Positions 1 through 9,668 of a stretch of 64,000 bases of DNA are shown piece by piece. The notes beneath the pieces are model-generated. The model was not told the origin of the DNA, did no database searches, and was given only the letters and a program-made list of their open reading frames with translations. The DNA comes from a virus (taxonomy: Duplodnaviria > Heunggongvirae > Uroviricota > Caudoviricetes): the IMG/VR virus record IMGVR_UViG_3300006919_000037; one strand, given 5' to 3'. Numbering within the stretch: the first letter of the stretch is position 1; the number at the start of each line of letters is the position of its first letter. The position numbers and the translations under genes were made by a program.

Positions 1-29
1 CTTGGCAACATTGTTCTTTTTCTTGTCCA

Positions 30-431
30 TCAGATTATCCTCAGTCTGTCCACCACTTGTTGGTTCATCGTGATGTCTTTCAGATTCACGGTATTCCCAT
101 CAATGTACCTTACGACCTGTTCTCTTGGTAGGTATTGGAGATATAGAAGAAAAGCCTTGATGATTGGATACCGTTCCTGATCCAACTTGAATAACAGGAG
201 TCTCGTAGTGAAGTCGGCCCCGAAAACGTTTGAAAGAACAGTGATATGATTAAGTATCATCCGTTCTTTCAACTCCCCTGTTGTTTCATACCTGCCAATA
301 AGCCTTTTGATCCACTTGACCCTCTTCAGGTCTTCATCAAACTCACTCAAAGTGCAATGGGGTGAATCATAATGCTTCATTGCATAAATCATAAAGTTCT
401 TCTCATTCAAATCATACACTAGACTACTCAT
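30..431 (-). CDS. hypothetical protein
   Basis: 133-aa ORF in the dominant minus-strand orientation; no recognisable motif. Confidence 0.35.
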   Translation of the reverse strand: MSSLVYDLNEKNFMIYAMKHYDSPHCTLSEFDEDLKRVKWIKRLIGRYETTGELKERMILNHITVLSNVFGADFTTRLLLFKLDQERYPIIKAFLLYLQYLPREQVVRYIDGNTVNLKDITMNQQVVDRLRII

Positions 432-437
432 TTCTTC

Positions 438-1964
438 TTATTGCTCTTTGTTTAGTCCAAGCTTCTTACGTGCTTGTTTAAGCCCACGGTCTCTTTTATT
501 TATAACACTATCAGCTTCATCTCTAAACTCTTTTTTGGTACTGTACTTCTTTAATTGCTGGTTGTGATACTTGTCATTATGAGCAGCAGCAGCATAACGT
601 TGTAGTTTGTCTGGTGACAGTTCATTGATATTTGTCTTGGACTTTGCTTGTTTTATACCACGTGTACGGTTGGCCTTTTTTCTCCGTGTGGCTTCATCCT
701 CATCATCACCAACCCAGTCGAGAGTTCTCTTCTCACCGGAAGCTCTGTCCTTGTATGATTTGTATGTGGTTGGGGAAAGTTCGTTAATCTTTGGCCCAAG
801 AGGTAGACTCTTTTGTGCCAACCCTTTAATGCCACGTGCTTTTGATTGAATAAATCGTTTACCAACAGCTTTACCAGCATCTGTGTTTGCAACAGCCCAA
901 GCCAATCGTGCAGCATTCTCATCAATAAGTTCTTCCCTGATGTTTGAAACAGCAGCCAGAACCTTCTCAGGTGTTGGGAAGGTCTTACCCTTGAGTGGAC
1001 CATCTTCGAATGTGAAGCCCTTGGAATATCTCCAGTGACCATCACCCAGTGATTTATTACCATCCTTCAAAGTGAAACCGTAACCGTAGTGTGCAATCAG
1101 GTTGGCTCTGCCCTTCTTCAGGATAGACTTGTTTTCGTTGTTGTCTAGCTCACCCCACTCAAAATTGGCTCTCCACTTTCCACCAGTAGCACCAGATGAA
1201 TTACTCTTTATTCCTCTTGTTGGCTTCTTTTCCTTGGACTTGAACCGGTCAAACAGACCTTCGTCTAGGTCTTCTTCTTTTTGAAGACGTTTTTTGAGTG
1301 ATGCAAAACCACGTTCTCTCTTGTTGAGAGTCTGTCCAGCCTTCTTCTTCAGATATCCACCGGTCTGATTACCATGATAGTCATCCTGTGCTTTCTGCCA
1401 AGACTTTCCGGCCTTCTCACCATACTCATCACGTTTCTTTTTTGAGATTTCATCAATCTGTTCTTCATCAAGAGTTTCCTCACCCATGATGTTGTCTGCC
1501 TGACGGTATGCAAGTGCATTGGCATCGTCTGCATCTTCTTCCTGACCACCCAGAATACCTTCAAGATTGTCTTCATCCATCAACTCAGCATCAATCTCAT
1601 ACATACCCTCATCGTTTACATTCCATGAGAAGTAAATGAACATGCTGGCTGGATCGGCCTCTGTCTTGACACGACCAGTGGTATCCATACCAATGGGTCC
1701 ACCGAATTGCTGGACCTCAAAGGCTGTTTCACCTGATGTTGGATTGGTGAATATGAATTTTGGGAGATGGATTGAGTAATATGCAAGCTGTTGTCTCAGA
1801 CGTTGAAGAGCCTCATACGGGTTCTTGTATATGTCGTTTGAAACTCTCTTGAGCATGATGTTTATGTTAGCAATCTGCCCAACATTATCCGGTTGCAGGT
1901 CATCCGTGGTGGATGCTGGCATAAGATCAACATCTTCTTTTATGTACTGTCTGAATGATTTCAT
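438..1964 (-). CDS. hypothetical large charged protein (acidic centre, Lys-rich C-terminus)
   Basis: 508 aa; C-terminal INELSPDKLQRY and INELSPTTYKSY motifs shared with 2734..4851 (VNELSSAKLRAY), suggesting a paralogous family. Confidence 0.45.
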   Translation of the reverse strand: MKSFRQYIKEDVDLMPASTTDDLQPDNVGQIANINIMLKRVSNDIYKNPYEALQRLRQQLAYYSIHLPKFIFTNPTSGETAFEVQQFGGPIGMDTTGRVKTEADPASMFIYFSWNVNDEGMYEIDAELMDEDNLEGILGGQEEDADDANALAYRQADNIMGEETLDEEQIDEISKKKRDEYGEKAGKSWQKAQDDYHGNQTGGYLKKKAGQTLNKRERGFASLKKRLQKEEDLDEGLFDRFKSKEKKPTRGIKSNSSGATGGKWRANFEWGELDNNENKSILKKGRANLIAHYGYGFTLKDGNKSLGDGHWRYSKGFTFEDGPLKGKTFPTPEKVLAAVSNIREELIDENAARLAWAVANTDAGKAVGKRFIQSKARGIKGLAQKSLPLGPKINELSPTTYKSYKDRASGEKRTLDWVGDDEDEATRRKKANRTRGIKQAKSKTNINELSPDKLQRYAAAAHNDKYHNQQLKKYSTKKEFRDEADSVINKRDRGLKQARKKLGLNKEQ

Positions 1965-2392
1965 TATTGAAGTTCCTTATAATGTTTTGCACCGGAGATA
2001 GCTCCCTTTGCACGGAATTCTGTCTTCGGAAACTTTTTCAAAGCATCAAGTGCCTTCAAAACAGGCAGGTTGATCCGGATAAACTTCACCTTCCGGTTTA
2101 GTTCAATGGCAGCAGCATACCGGTGATGTCCATCCAACAGATGATTATCACCGGAAATCAACAATGGTTTGTTCATTGCAGCCGGTGCTTTAGATTTGAC
2201 GATTGCCTTAACAGCTTTTTTGTGGATATCCTGAATTGGAATCAGCTTTTTGGGATCGATACTCCCTTTGGAAATAACGATCCCTTTAGCTGCAACCCAT
2301 TTCAGCATATCTTCTATATCACCGGTATTAACCTGTGGCATATTGTGTCGGGCAATCTTGATTTCAGCAAGATATTGCTTAAACGTATTCAT
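1964..2392 (-). CDS. ParB-like nuclease domain protein
   Basis: LLDGHHRYAAA segment matches the ParB/sulfiredoxin DGHHR signature; start overlaps stop of upstream gene. Confidence 0.5.
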   Translation of the reverse strand: MNTFKQYLAEIKIARHNMPQVNTGDIEDMLKWVAAKGIVISKGSIDPKKLIPIQDIHKKAVKAIVKSKAPAAMNKPLLISGDNHLLDGHHRYAAAIELNRKVKFIRINLPVLKALDALKKFPKTEFRAKGAISGAKHYKELQ

Positions 2393-2395
2393 GGA

Positions 2396-2734
2396 TTAGA
2401 CTCCGGGGAATACTGTATTATCCGTATTGCCTGCTGCATCACCAGTCATGGATGACATAGCTACCAGAACTTCATGATGAACACGACCGGCACGACCACC
2501 AGTTCCTTCTGTTCTCAAAGTCCAGCCTGCATGTGCAACCGATTCTGAAGATGTGTTGGCAACTTCTGTTGCTGACACACCAAACACACCAACATTAGCA
2601 CCAGCTATACTGGCACCAGTTGTGACGTTGTTGTAAAGTCCAGCATAATTATTGGCCGTATATGCTTGATTTACTTGCATAACTACCTGTTTAGGACTAT
2701 TATTAGCCCTGTCTATGTTACCCCAGAGTGGCAT
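2396..2734 (-). CDS. hypothetical Gly/Ala/Thr-rich protein
   Basis: 112-aa ORF tightly packed between flanking genes. Confidence 0.3.
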   Translation of the reverse strand: MPLWGNIDRANNSPKQVVMQVNQAYTANNYAGLYNNVTTGASIAGANVGVFGVSATEVANTSSESVAHAGWTLRTEGTGGRAGRVHHEVLVAMSSMTGDAAGNTDNTVFPGV

Positions 2735-4851
2735 TATTCTTCTCCCTTTACGGTTCTATTATAGTATTTAGCAGTAAAACGATCTGCAAAACTTTCATTT
2801 TCTTCTTTAGCATATACTCTGACTTTTTCTGGCTCAATTGCTTTTTTACCCTTACCAAGCTTCTTACGGGCTAATTCAGAACCTTTATATCTCTTATGAT
2901 CACTGCTTTTATCAGCTTCGTCTTTATATGCTCTAAGTTTAGCTGATGACAGTTCGTTGACTTCACTCTTCTTCTTGGTCTTGTCGTCTTTGTCCACTGG
3001 TGATGTATCAACAACATCATCATCGGAAACGTCCACGACATCCTTGTCGGACTTTGACTTCTTAACCTTTTCGTCATCATCTTCCTCAGACTGCATCTTG
3101 GACTTGATCTTCTCAGCACCCTTTTCAACAGCCTTTGTGACTGCATAACGTGTCAGTGCACGGGCACCAGCAGCAACCAGTGGTGCAATCTCAGCAATCT
3201 GCTCTTCGTTCACTTTTTTAGGTGGATGGTTTTGTACAATAGTTTTAATTGCCTCATCCTTACTCTTAATATTCATACGATAATCTGAATAATCCAAAAC
3301 AACAGATGTGGCTACATTTTGAGGAATTCTTTGTTGTTGTAGGTACTTAGAAATTTTTTGATGATGTTGCATTTTTTTACCATCAAAGGTCTTAAATTTT
3401 GAGTCTAAATCATCAAAAACTTTATTCCAAAGCACTGTTGCTCTGTCATCACTTTCATCAATCTGGCCAGCTTCCTCAACATACATATTGAGTTCATACT
3501 TTCTGCCAGTGTTGAATACCTGCATGTTCAGAGTCTTGTTGACTGGCTTACCATTCTTGGTCACCTTGATGTGGAAAGAGTTTGTCTTCCCCTCAGATGG
3601 CTTACGTGGTCCGGATGCAATCTTGTCTGAAACATCTTCCATATCAACTTCATAACCCTGCTTCTCAGCCTGTTTGATAGCATGTTGGACGGCAGTGGAA
3701 TAATCTTTGTGGTAGATTTCATAGCCGGATGCAGACTTGGATTCATTCAGACTACCCATCCACTTCAACCATTTTTCTTTGGTCATGTTCTTATCAAGAC
3801 CTTCATCTTCTTGGGCCTTTTTCCAAGCAGCATCAATTTTACCCTGTTTATAGAGTTTTTTAGCATCATTATGGGTCATCTTCATTTCATAAAGATCAGA
3901 CTCTGACATCAGAATCTTTTTGACTTCTTGTGTTGACATACCAGCCATTCTGGCAAGCTGTGCAACAGTCAGATTCATGTTACTGTCGAATTCATCACGG
4001 ACACGATCAGCATCCCATTTTTCATCAATCTGCTCTTCTTCATCCTGCTGGTCACGTCTCTTCAGACGTTGTTCTGCTCTCCAACGGGCACTGTTGCTCT
4101 GTTTGTCATCAGAACCGGACTTGTAATCTGAACGTGGCTCATCACCCTTACCTTCATCAACAGATTTCTTGGAACCTCTCCAACCCTTCAAAAGACCATG
4201 AATTTTCTTGGCTTCTTTACCTTTGATACGTGTATCTTTCTTGATTTCTTTATCAACAGCATCCTTATTATATGCTTCATCCTGCTGATCACGTTTAAGT
4301 CCCTTTTTCTCAGTTTTAGCCCAAGCTTTCTTACCAGCTTTAGGTGACATGTGTGACATATCCATGTTTTTCCACGAATCTTTCTTACCTTCACTGATCA
4401 TTCCAAACGGCCCTGATGGGGACATTCCGGATACTTTAGGTGCAGTGCTCCCGAATCCAACCTTGGTCATTGAAGTCATGGCAGCAGATGCTCTGGACAC
4501 GAGACTGTCTGCATTTTCATTCAAACGAGCACCGGCAATATCAGACACCCACTTGATTTCAGCATCAGCCAGTGCAGCCATCTGCTTCTTGTCAAGTGTG
4601 TTCAGCATCCCTACAAGCTTCTTGTGGTGCTCTGTACCCGGCTTCAGGCTCTTGATAGCTGCAAAGCCACTCTTAAGCTGTTTTAGCATAGCCGGTGTGA
4701 AATCACCCTTGACCTTACCGGACATCTCTGTGAGAGCTTCCTCAGTCATGGTAAACTGATCTGTCTGATCATCACGTGTTCCATTATAGATTTTACGTGT
4801 TGCCTCAGTCAGTTTGTCATCTGTTCTGAATTGGTTGTAATGATTTCTCAT
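2734..4851 (-). CDS. hypothetical large Lys-rich protein
   Basis: 705 aa, highly charged; shares NELS-x-KL-x-Y C-terminal motif with 438..1964. Confidence 0.45.
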   Translation of the reverse strand: MRNHYNQFRTDDKLTEATRKIYNGTRDDQTDQFTMTEEALTEMSGKVKGDFTPAMLKQLKSGFAAIKSLKPGTEHHKKLVGMLNTLDKKQMAALADAEIKWVSDIAGARLNENADSLVSRASAAMTSMTKVGFGSTAPKVSGMSPSGPFGMISEGKKDSWKNMDMSHMSPKAGKKAWAKTEKKGLKRDQQDEAYNKDAVDKEIKKDTRIKGKEAKKIHGLLKGWRGSKKSVDEGKGDEPRSDYKSGSDDKQSNSARWRAEQRLKRRDQQDEEEQIDEKWDADRVRDEFDSNMNLTVAQLARMAGMSTQEVKKILMSESDLYEMKMTHNDAKKLYKQGKIDAAWKKAQEDEGLDKNMTKEKWLKWMGSLNESKSASGYEIYHKDYSTAVQHAIKQAEKQGYEVDMEDVSDKIASGPRKPSEGKTNSFHIKVTKNGKPVNKTLNMQVFNTGRKYELNMYVEEAGQIDESDDRATVLWNKVFDDLDSKFKTFDGKKMQHHQKISKYLQQQRIPQNVATSVVLDYSDYRMNIKSKDEAIKTIVQNHPPKKVNEEQIAEIAPLVAAGARALTRYAVTKAVEKGAEKIKSKMQSEEDDDEKVKKSKSDKDVVDVSDDDVVDTSPVDKDDKTKKKSEVNELSSAKLRAYKDEADKSSDHKRYKGSELARKKLGKGKKAIEPEKVRVYAKEENESFADRFTAKYYNRTVKGEE

Positions 4852-7319
4852 CGTACTCTGTCCTTTGGTGCTCTGGTTCTTGTGTTTTGGTTAATTCGAC
4901 TCAGTGAAACAGCCTTTTGGCCTTGTCCACCTTTGTAATTGGCTTTGTATGTGGTCTGCCCACCAGACTTAGGCTTCTGCTTGGAGATGGTTGTTGTTCT
5001 CTTTGCCACTGCTGGCTTCGGCACTGCTGGCTTGCTTCTTGGCTTTGGTGCATTAGCAATGCTTGGCTTGTTGACTGGATGTTGATCACCCGGCTTTTTA
5101 GCCACCCCAACAGACGGTGGATGTTGATCCCCAGCCTTCCTAGCTCTATTTACCTGATTTCCCTGCCCTTGGGCACCTGTTCTTCTTGAATTTGAGCCAA
5201 CCATGGTTGCTTGAGCCAATTTTGTTGTAGTTTTAGCTGTAGCACCGGGTCTAGCACGATCCGGTCTCTTCGAATTTGATCCCACACTTGTTGCTTGAGC
5301 CAATTTTGTTGTGGTTTTAGCTGTAGCACCATTTCTCTTCTGGGCCTGCTGTCTTGAGACTTTAGGTTTAGTTGCAGTGTTATTGGTCTCAGGACTGTCT
5401 CTGCCAGTTGTTGGCTTACCAACAGCACGAGCCGGGTCAGTCTTCCGACCTATATTGCCACGTGTTCTAACAGTGCTTGGTGCTGTAGCAGCCCGTGGAT
5501 TGGTTTTCTGGCCAACCTGTCTGAACCTTGGATTCCTTGCCGGTCCTGCCTGTGGTTTAGTTGCAGTATTGTTGGTTTCCGGACTGTCTCTACCACCTGT
5601 TGTTGGTTTTAGCTTAACACCAGCAGAACGAGCTTTTGAAGCAGCCTGTCTCTCCTGCCGTCTTGCAATTCTCTCACGGGCCTTGGCTACGGTTGTGTTG
5701 TTTGATCTTGATGTACGAGACTGGACACTATCAGTTGGCTGGCCACCTTTTGCAGTCGAGTTCACCCGTGGTTGCCTTGGATTGGATTTTGCAGCCCTAT
5801 TAACCTGTGTTCTTGTGGAGCCATCATCAACCTTCTTTGAACGTGCAGGATCATTCTTCCGACCCATGTTGCCACGGGTTCTGGTCTTACTCACAGGTCT
5901 GACTGTTCCACCATCTAACACTCCATCAGCACCAACCTTCAAACCAACACTACGTGGTGATCTACCCCTGACGTTAGCTTCGGTGATCTTCTGCTTGAGT
6001 GTCTTCATGGTCATCTTCTTCTTTTCTTTGTTGTCTGTGTGAACACCCGGATTACCATCAAACTCAGCCCATTCTTCCTCATAATCATTATAGGCAATCT
6101 TCCATTCCCCGTTCTCATCCTGTCCCGGTGTGGCATTCATGTATTTCTTGGTCAGGTCAGATGTCCCCATGAACCCGGCACCATGGTCTTCTGTGATCTT
6201 GTCGGTGTTGCCAAGCTGCATTGTGATACCGTTGTCGAAATCTTCCACGACAAAGTGCTTTCCACCCATTCTACCAAGTGCAAACTTCTTCTTCCGGATG
6301 ATAGACTGGGCAAGCAGTACAAGACCCTTACCGTTGTCTTTCTCATAACGGATAACAAATGGAACATGGAGACTCTTGGCACGGAAACTGAACACACCTT
6401 CCATGTCTTCACCGGGTCTCATACGGATTTTACCGATCTTCGTACCCATCTTTTCATAAATCTTGTCGAAAAATGTCTTCAGATCATCCACTGAGATAGG
6501 CTGGTTTGAATTTCTTGCATCATTCACACGTTCCTTGAAGTGTTTGGAGAAGTCGAAATTGACACCTTTAGCAGCCCATTTTCTGGACAGGTCTGTCAGG
6601 ACTTCTCTCATATCACTGTCTGAAACAGTCGGCATTTCGTAAAGGATTTCTTCAGCCAGACCACAATTTATCAGTGGTTCATTGCTTCTGAACATCAGGT
6701 TATATGCAACCTTGTTCAGGGTCTCAGGGTCTGCCATATTCTCCACATGGGCCTTGAGAGAGCCTTTCATATGCTCTTCGGCATACTCATCGACCATGGT
6801 GGAGACAAGTGCCTGCTTCTCTTTGATGTTGGTTGTGCAGAAAACTCTCTTGGCATCGTTGACCATTGGAGCTACAGCTTCGTTCATCATGAAGATATCT
6901 TCATCAAGAGATTCCACGATGTAATCTGTAAACCCCTGCTGTTTCAGGGATTTGTTGAGGAATTCTATGAATTTACGTGGGGGAAGGTGATAAAGGTTGG
7001 CTATGGAAACGGCATGTCTGCTCTTGGTGTTAACCTTGATAGAACCGTTTGATGTTCTGCTTGTTGCTGGACCTTTTGATGTCTTGTCGATCAGCTTGAC
7101 ATAATCAAACAGGGCCTTTGACATAACCTCTGGGCCTCTACGACCCATAACCTTATCCTTTATATCCCTGATCATATTTGGGAACATTGACTTTTCATAC
7201 AACAGGAAATCATCCATATCGAAGGTTTCTTCAATACGGACTTCTTCCACCAATGGTGGTTTTGTAAAATATGAAAGTTTTTTAGCCATTTTGACCTCTT
7301 CCCTACTGGATATTATCAC
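4848..7319 (-). CDS. hypothetical 823-aa protein with globular N-terminal half and highly basic Arg/Pro/Thr-rich repetitive C-terminal tail
   Basis: long ORF; C-terminal about 370 aa is low-complexity with repeated GRK-DPAR and KPTTGRDSPETNNTATKP units encoded by DNA tandem repeats. Confidence 0.45.
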   Translation of the reverse strand: MIISSREEVKMAKKLSYFTKPPLVEEVRIEETFDMDDFLLYEKSMFPNMIRDIKDKVMGRRGPEVMSKALFDYVKLIDKTSKGPATSRTSNGSIKVNTKSRHAVSIANLYHLPPRKFIEFLNKSLKQQGFTDYIVESLDEDIFMMNEAVAPMVNDAKRVFCTTNIKEKQALVSTMVDEYAEEHMKGSLKAHVENMADPETLNKVAYNLMFRSNEPLINCGLAEEILYEMPTVSDSDMREVLTDLSRKWAAKGVNFDFSKHFKERVNDARNSNQPISVDDLKTFFDKIYEKMGTKIGKIRMRPGEDMEGVFSFRAKSLHVPFVIRYEKDNGKGLVLLAQSIIRKKKFALGRMGGKHFVVEDFDNGITMQLGNTDKITEDHGAGFMGTSDLTKKYMNATPGQDENGEWKIAYNDYEEEWAEFDGNPGVHTDNKEKKKMTMKTLKQKITEANVRGRSPRSVGLKVGADGVLDGGTVRPVSKTRTRGNMGRKNDPARSKKVDDGSTRTQVNRAAKSNPRQPRVNSTAKGGQPTDSVQSRTSRSNNTTVAKARERIARRQERQAASKARSAGVKLKPTTGGRDSPETNNTATKPQAGPARNPRFRQVGQKTNPRAATAPSTVRTRGNIGRKTDPARAVGKPTTGRDSPETNNTATKPKVSRQQAQKRNGATAKTTTKLAQATSVGSNSKRPDRARPGATAKTTTKLAQATMVGSNSRRTGAQGQGNQVNRARKAGDQHPPSVGVAKKPGDQHPVNKPSIANAPKPRSKPAVPKPAVAKRTTTISKQKPKSGGQTTYKANYKGGQGQKAVSLSRINQNTRTRAPKDRVR
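5189..5610. repeat. in-frame direct DNA repeats inside 4848..7319 (about 83-bp unit x2 at 5189-5330; about 55-bp unit at 5364-5417 and 5554-5610)
   Basis: near-identical strings gaatttga...ttgcttgagccaattttgttgt.gttttagctgtagcacc and ggtttagttgcagt.tt.ttggt.tc.ggactgtctct seen twice each. Confidence 0.6.
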
Positions 7320-7358
7320 TATATCCAGTATTTAGAAGTCTTTGGCTTTTAGGGTGTA

Positions 7359-7556
7359 TTATCTAAACTCTTCAACGAGTTCGACATAACTCAGGAGAAT
7401 TTTCTTGGTTTCTGATCCCCCCAGTTGGTCAAGAGCCATACCAACGGCCTCTTCCAAGAAAATCTGTGATCTTCTGTCGAGCATCTTTTTTATAGCTTCT
7501 TCAGCAGCTTTATCATAGTCTCTAGGATTTTGCTTCCGTGGAGTCTTCTTGTTCAA
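7359..7556 (-). CDS. small hypothetical protein
   Basis: 65-aa ORF, minus strand. Confidence 0.3.
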   Translation of the reverse strand: MNKKTPRKQNPRDYDKAAEEAIKKMLDRRSQIFLEEAVGMALDQLGGSETKKILLSYVELVEEFR

Positions 7557-7746
7557 GTGCTTCCCTAACTTTTTGCAAGTGTTTAATCACTTCTTCTCGT
7601 TCAACGATACCATCATCGATCATACCATCCAGAAATTTTTCCATATCATCGGTTCTTGTTTGAATTGCTCTATTATAACCCAACCAGTAAAGTAGTGCAC
7701 CACCAGATATTATGATAGCAATTATTACAAAATTATCCATATTCAT
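7522..7746 (-). CDS. small hypothetical membrane-anchored protein
   Basis: 74 aa with N-terminal hydrophobic helix (IIAIIISGGALLYWLGY). Confidence 0.3.
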   Translation of the reverse strand: MNMDNFVIIAIIISGGALLYWLGYNRAIQTRTDDMEKFLDGMIDDGIVEREEVIKHLQKVREALEQEDSTEAKS

Positions 7747-8329
7747 TATCTTTCGTTATATGTTTATAGATGCTCTTCCAGTTCTTGAATACTGGAATGT
7801 CTGTGATATGCATGTTGTGTCCATGCTCCACCAGAACACCCTTCAGACCATAGTCGTATGCAAGCAATGCATTTTCCGGCTTATCTTCAATGAAATAATA
7901 GTCCTTGTCTTGGTATTTAGCTAATGCCTCATGTTTATCGGCTCCAGTGTCCAGAAAGATGTAATCATCGAACACTGTATCACCAAATAACTTACACAGG
8001 TTCCTCTTACGAAGCTCACCAGCAGCTTTATCTGTTGAGAGGGATGTTATCACATGAAACACGTAACCATGCTCTCTATGGAGCTTTTTGACGTACTCCA
8101 TGGCATCCCTGAATGGTGGAAGAAACCCTATTGCAGCAGACTCGTTAAACTGTCTGATGTACTTGATCAGATCAGGCTTTTCGATACCAAGCACATGACC
8201 GGCATCATAGAACATTCCCGGATCATCAACCACCGGTTTGAATCCAAAACGTTCCATCCAGATATAGAAGGAATACTCCCAGTTCAGGAGTACCCCGTCA
8301 CAGTCTGTTAAAATGACTCTGTTATCCAT
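7733..8329 (-). CDS. HAD-superfamily hydrolase (nucleotidase/phosphatase-like)
   Basis: N-terminal LTDCDGVLLNW (HAD motif I DxDGV); verified ATG start at 8329. Confidence 0.7.
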   Translation of the reverse strand: MDNRVILTDCDGVLLNWEYSFYIWMERFGFKPVVDDPGMFYDAGHVLGIEKPDLIKYIRQFNESAAIGFLPPFRDAMEYVKKLHREHGYVFHVITSLSTDKAAGELRKRNLCKLFGDTVFDDYIFLDTGADKHEALAKYQDKDYYFIEDKPENALLAYDYGLKGVLVEHGHNMHITDIPVFKNWKSIYKHITKDNEYG

Positions 8330-8355
8330 CTATGTTTCTCTTTCTTAAAAGCCAT

Positions 8356-8371
8356 GGGGACCGGAGTCCCC
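8356..8371 (-). terminator. GGGGAC-cgga-GTCCCC stem-loop directly after stop of 8379..8660 (terminator-like or RNA-processing hairpin)
   Basis: perfect 6-bp GC-rich inverted repeat with 4-nt loop; identical 23-nt element gccatggggaccggagtccccac recurs at 39741-39763. Confidence 0.4.
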
Positions 8372-8378
8372 ACCCCTG

Positions 8379-8660
8379 TTACGAGCAGTGGTAATGTTCT
8401 GACGATGGTGAGCAGTAGTATGGGGTGTTTACCGTCTCTTCGAAGGGAGCACCGGTCAGGGCATTGTAACGGGTCACGGTCAGTTCAATGTTGTTGTAGA
8501 AGTTCTTCACATCAGTAATACCAAACCCATACTCAGGCTCTTTCCGTTCTGCTTCGTTCTTGGCACGGGTAGCAGCACCCTTACTTTCAAAGTGTGTTCT
8601 TCCGGACTTGGCTTTGACCAAGTAGGTTGTTTCCAAGTTGTAAACCACATAAGCTGTCAT
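8379..8660 (-). CDS. hypothetical protein
   Basis: 93-aa ORF preceded by a sigma70-like promoter element. Confidence 0.4.
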   Translation of the reverse strand: MTAYVVYNLETTYLVKAKSGRTHFESKGAATRAKNEAERKEPEYGFGITDVKNFYNNIELTVTRYNALTGAPFEETVNTPYYCSPSSEHYHCS

Positions 8661-8694
8661 GTCTTATTTCCTTTTCTCTCTAATCACTCTATGA

Positions 8695-8730
8695 CCTAAA
8701 TATACCTGCACCCATCAGTAGAGTCAAGAG
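8695..8730 (-). promoter_or_regulatory. sigma70-like early promoter (TTGACT-N17-TATATT) for 8379..8660
   Basis: minus-strand reading ctcTTGACTctactgatgggtgcaggTATATTtagg, 39 nt upstream of the ATG at 8660; same layout as nine other copies. Confidence 0.5.
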
Positions 8731-8739
8731 ACAAATCAC

Positions 8740-9048
8740 ATGGCATCCCCAAAACTTACAGAAAAACAGTATGACACTGTAAGACGACTTGCCAATTCAC
8801 TCGATAGTGATGAAAAGTTGTTAAAATTCATCACATTGATAGAGTATGAGGATGAAATCTTCAAATTGTTGAATGATTTGGACCTTATCAGTGAAATGGC
8901 CCAAAAAGAACGTAATTACATATGGTTGAAAAAAAGTGCACGAGACACAGCAACATTATTCCTTGCCGTGTCTGCTACACTGTATGGAATATATGAATTG
9001 TGGGTGAGGGTCATATCTGAAACTGTCAAAAAGGTAACGGGAAATTGA
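8740..9048 (+). CDS. hypothetical protein (plus-strand island)
   Basis: 102-aa ORF with normal amino-acid composition; one of only two credible plus-strand genes. Confidence 0.35.
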   Translation: MASPKLTEKQYDTVRRLANSLDSDEKLLKFITLIEYEDEIFKLLNDLDLISEMAQKERNYIWLKKSARDTATLFLAVSATLYGIYELWVRVISETVKKVTGN

Positions 9049-9668
9049 AATACATATGCACCGAAGGTCATGGAAAACTAAGAGAAAATCATATATGCCT
9101 AGTATGTGTGCTTAAAGATATTCAGGCAACAGTTAGAACTGTCCCATATCTCGAATCTATTATAAAATGGAGTATTATAGGAATTGCTGCATTGTGGTTT
9201 CATGTTGTTGCTGTTGCAGACCCTCTCATAATACGTTCTCTGACCGTTCCCAGAGATATTGTTCCCATAAACTCACCATTCGTGCTTGAAAGCAGATCAA
9301 TTAAACCATGGACCTCTCTTCTCTTCTGTAAGGCAACCGGTGCAAGAATGGAAGGTAGGGTAAGAACCACTGACGGTTTGGTTATTCAGATCATTCCTCA
9401 ACCCGAACCATTTGGGTATAACAAATCGGCAGACCCAAAAAGATTTCAGATCATTCATACAATACCAACTGAAGCATCCGTGGGTGATACCATATATGTC
9501 TGGAAGGTGGTAAAATACAGTTGCCTTGGTGTGCCACGTGAAGTTCAGAGTCCTGAAACAAAATTCAAAGTTGGACAGTTTTCTGATAATGTTCCAGACA
9601 TGAACAGAATACCAAATCGTGGTATACTCAAAAAAGAGTATGATAAAAGAACCTTCTTTAAAACATGA
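9045..9668 (+). CDS. hypothetical protein (plus-strand island), Cys-rich N-terminus and one hydrophobic helix
   Basis: 207-aa ORF, start overlaps stop of 8740..9048 (ATGA-type coupling); the antisense ORF 9297..9710 has aberrant W/C/F-rich composition. Confidence 0.35.
   Translation: MKYICTEGHGKLRENHICLVCVLKDIQATVRTVPYLESIIKWSIIGIAALWFHVVAVADPLIIRSLTVPRDIVPINSPFVLESRSIKPWTSLLFCKATGARMEGRVRTTDGLVIQIIPQPEPFGYNKSADPKRFQIIHTIPTEASVGDTIYVWKVVKYSCLGVPREVQSPETKFKVGQFSDNVPDMNRIPNRGILKKEYDKRTFFKT

Noticed and set aside
5311-6042. 243-aa plus-strand ORF
   Set aside because: It is antisense to the 823-aa minus-strand gene in its repetitive region. Its composition is low-complexity Leu/Val/Pro and mirrors the repeats, so it is an antisense artifact.
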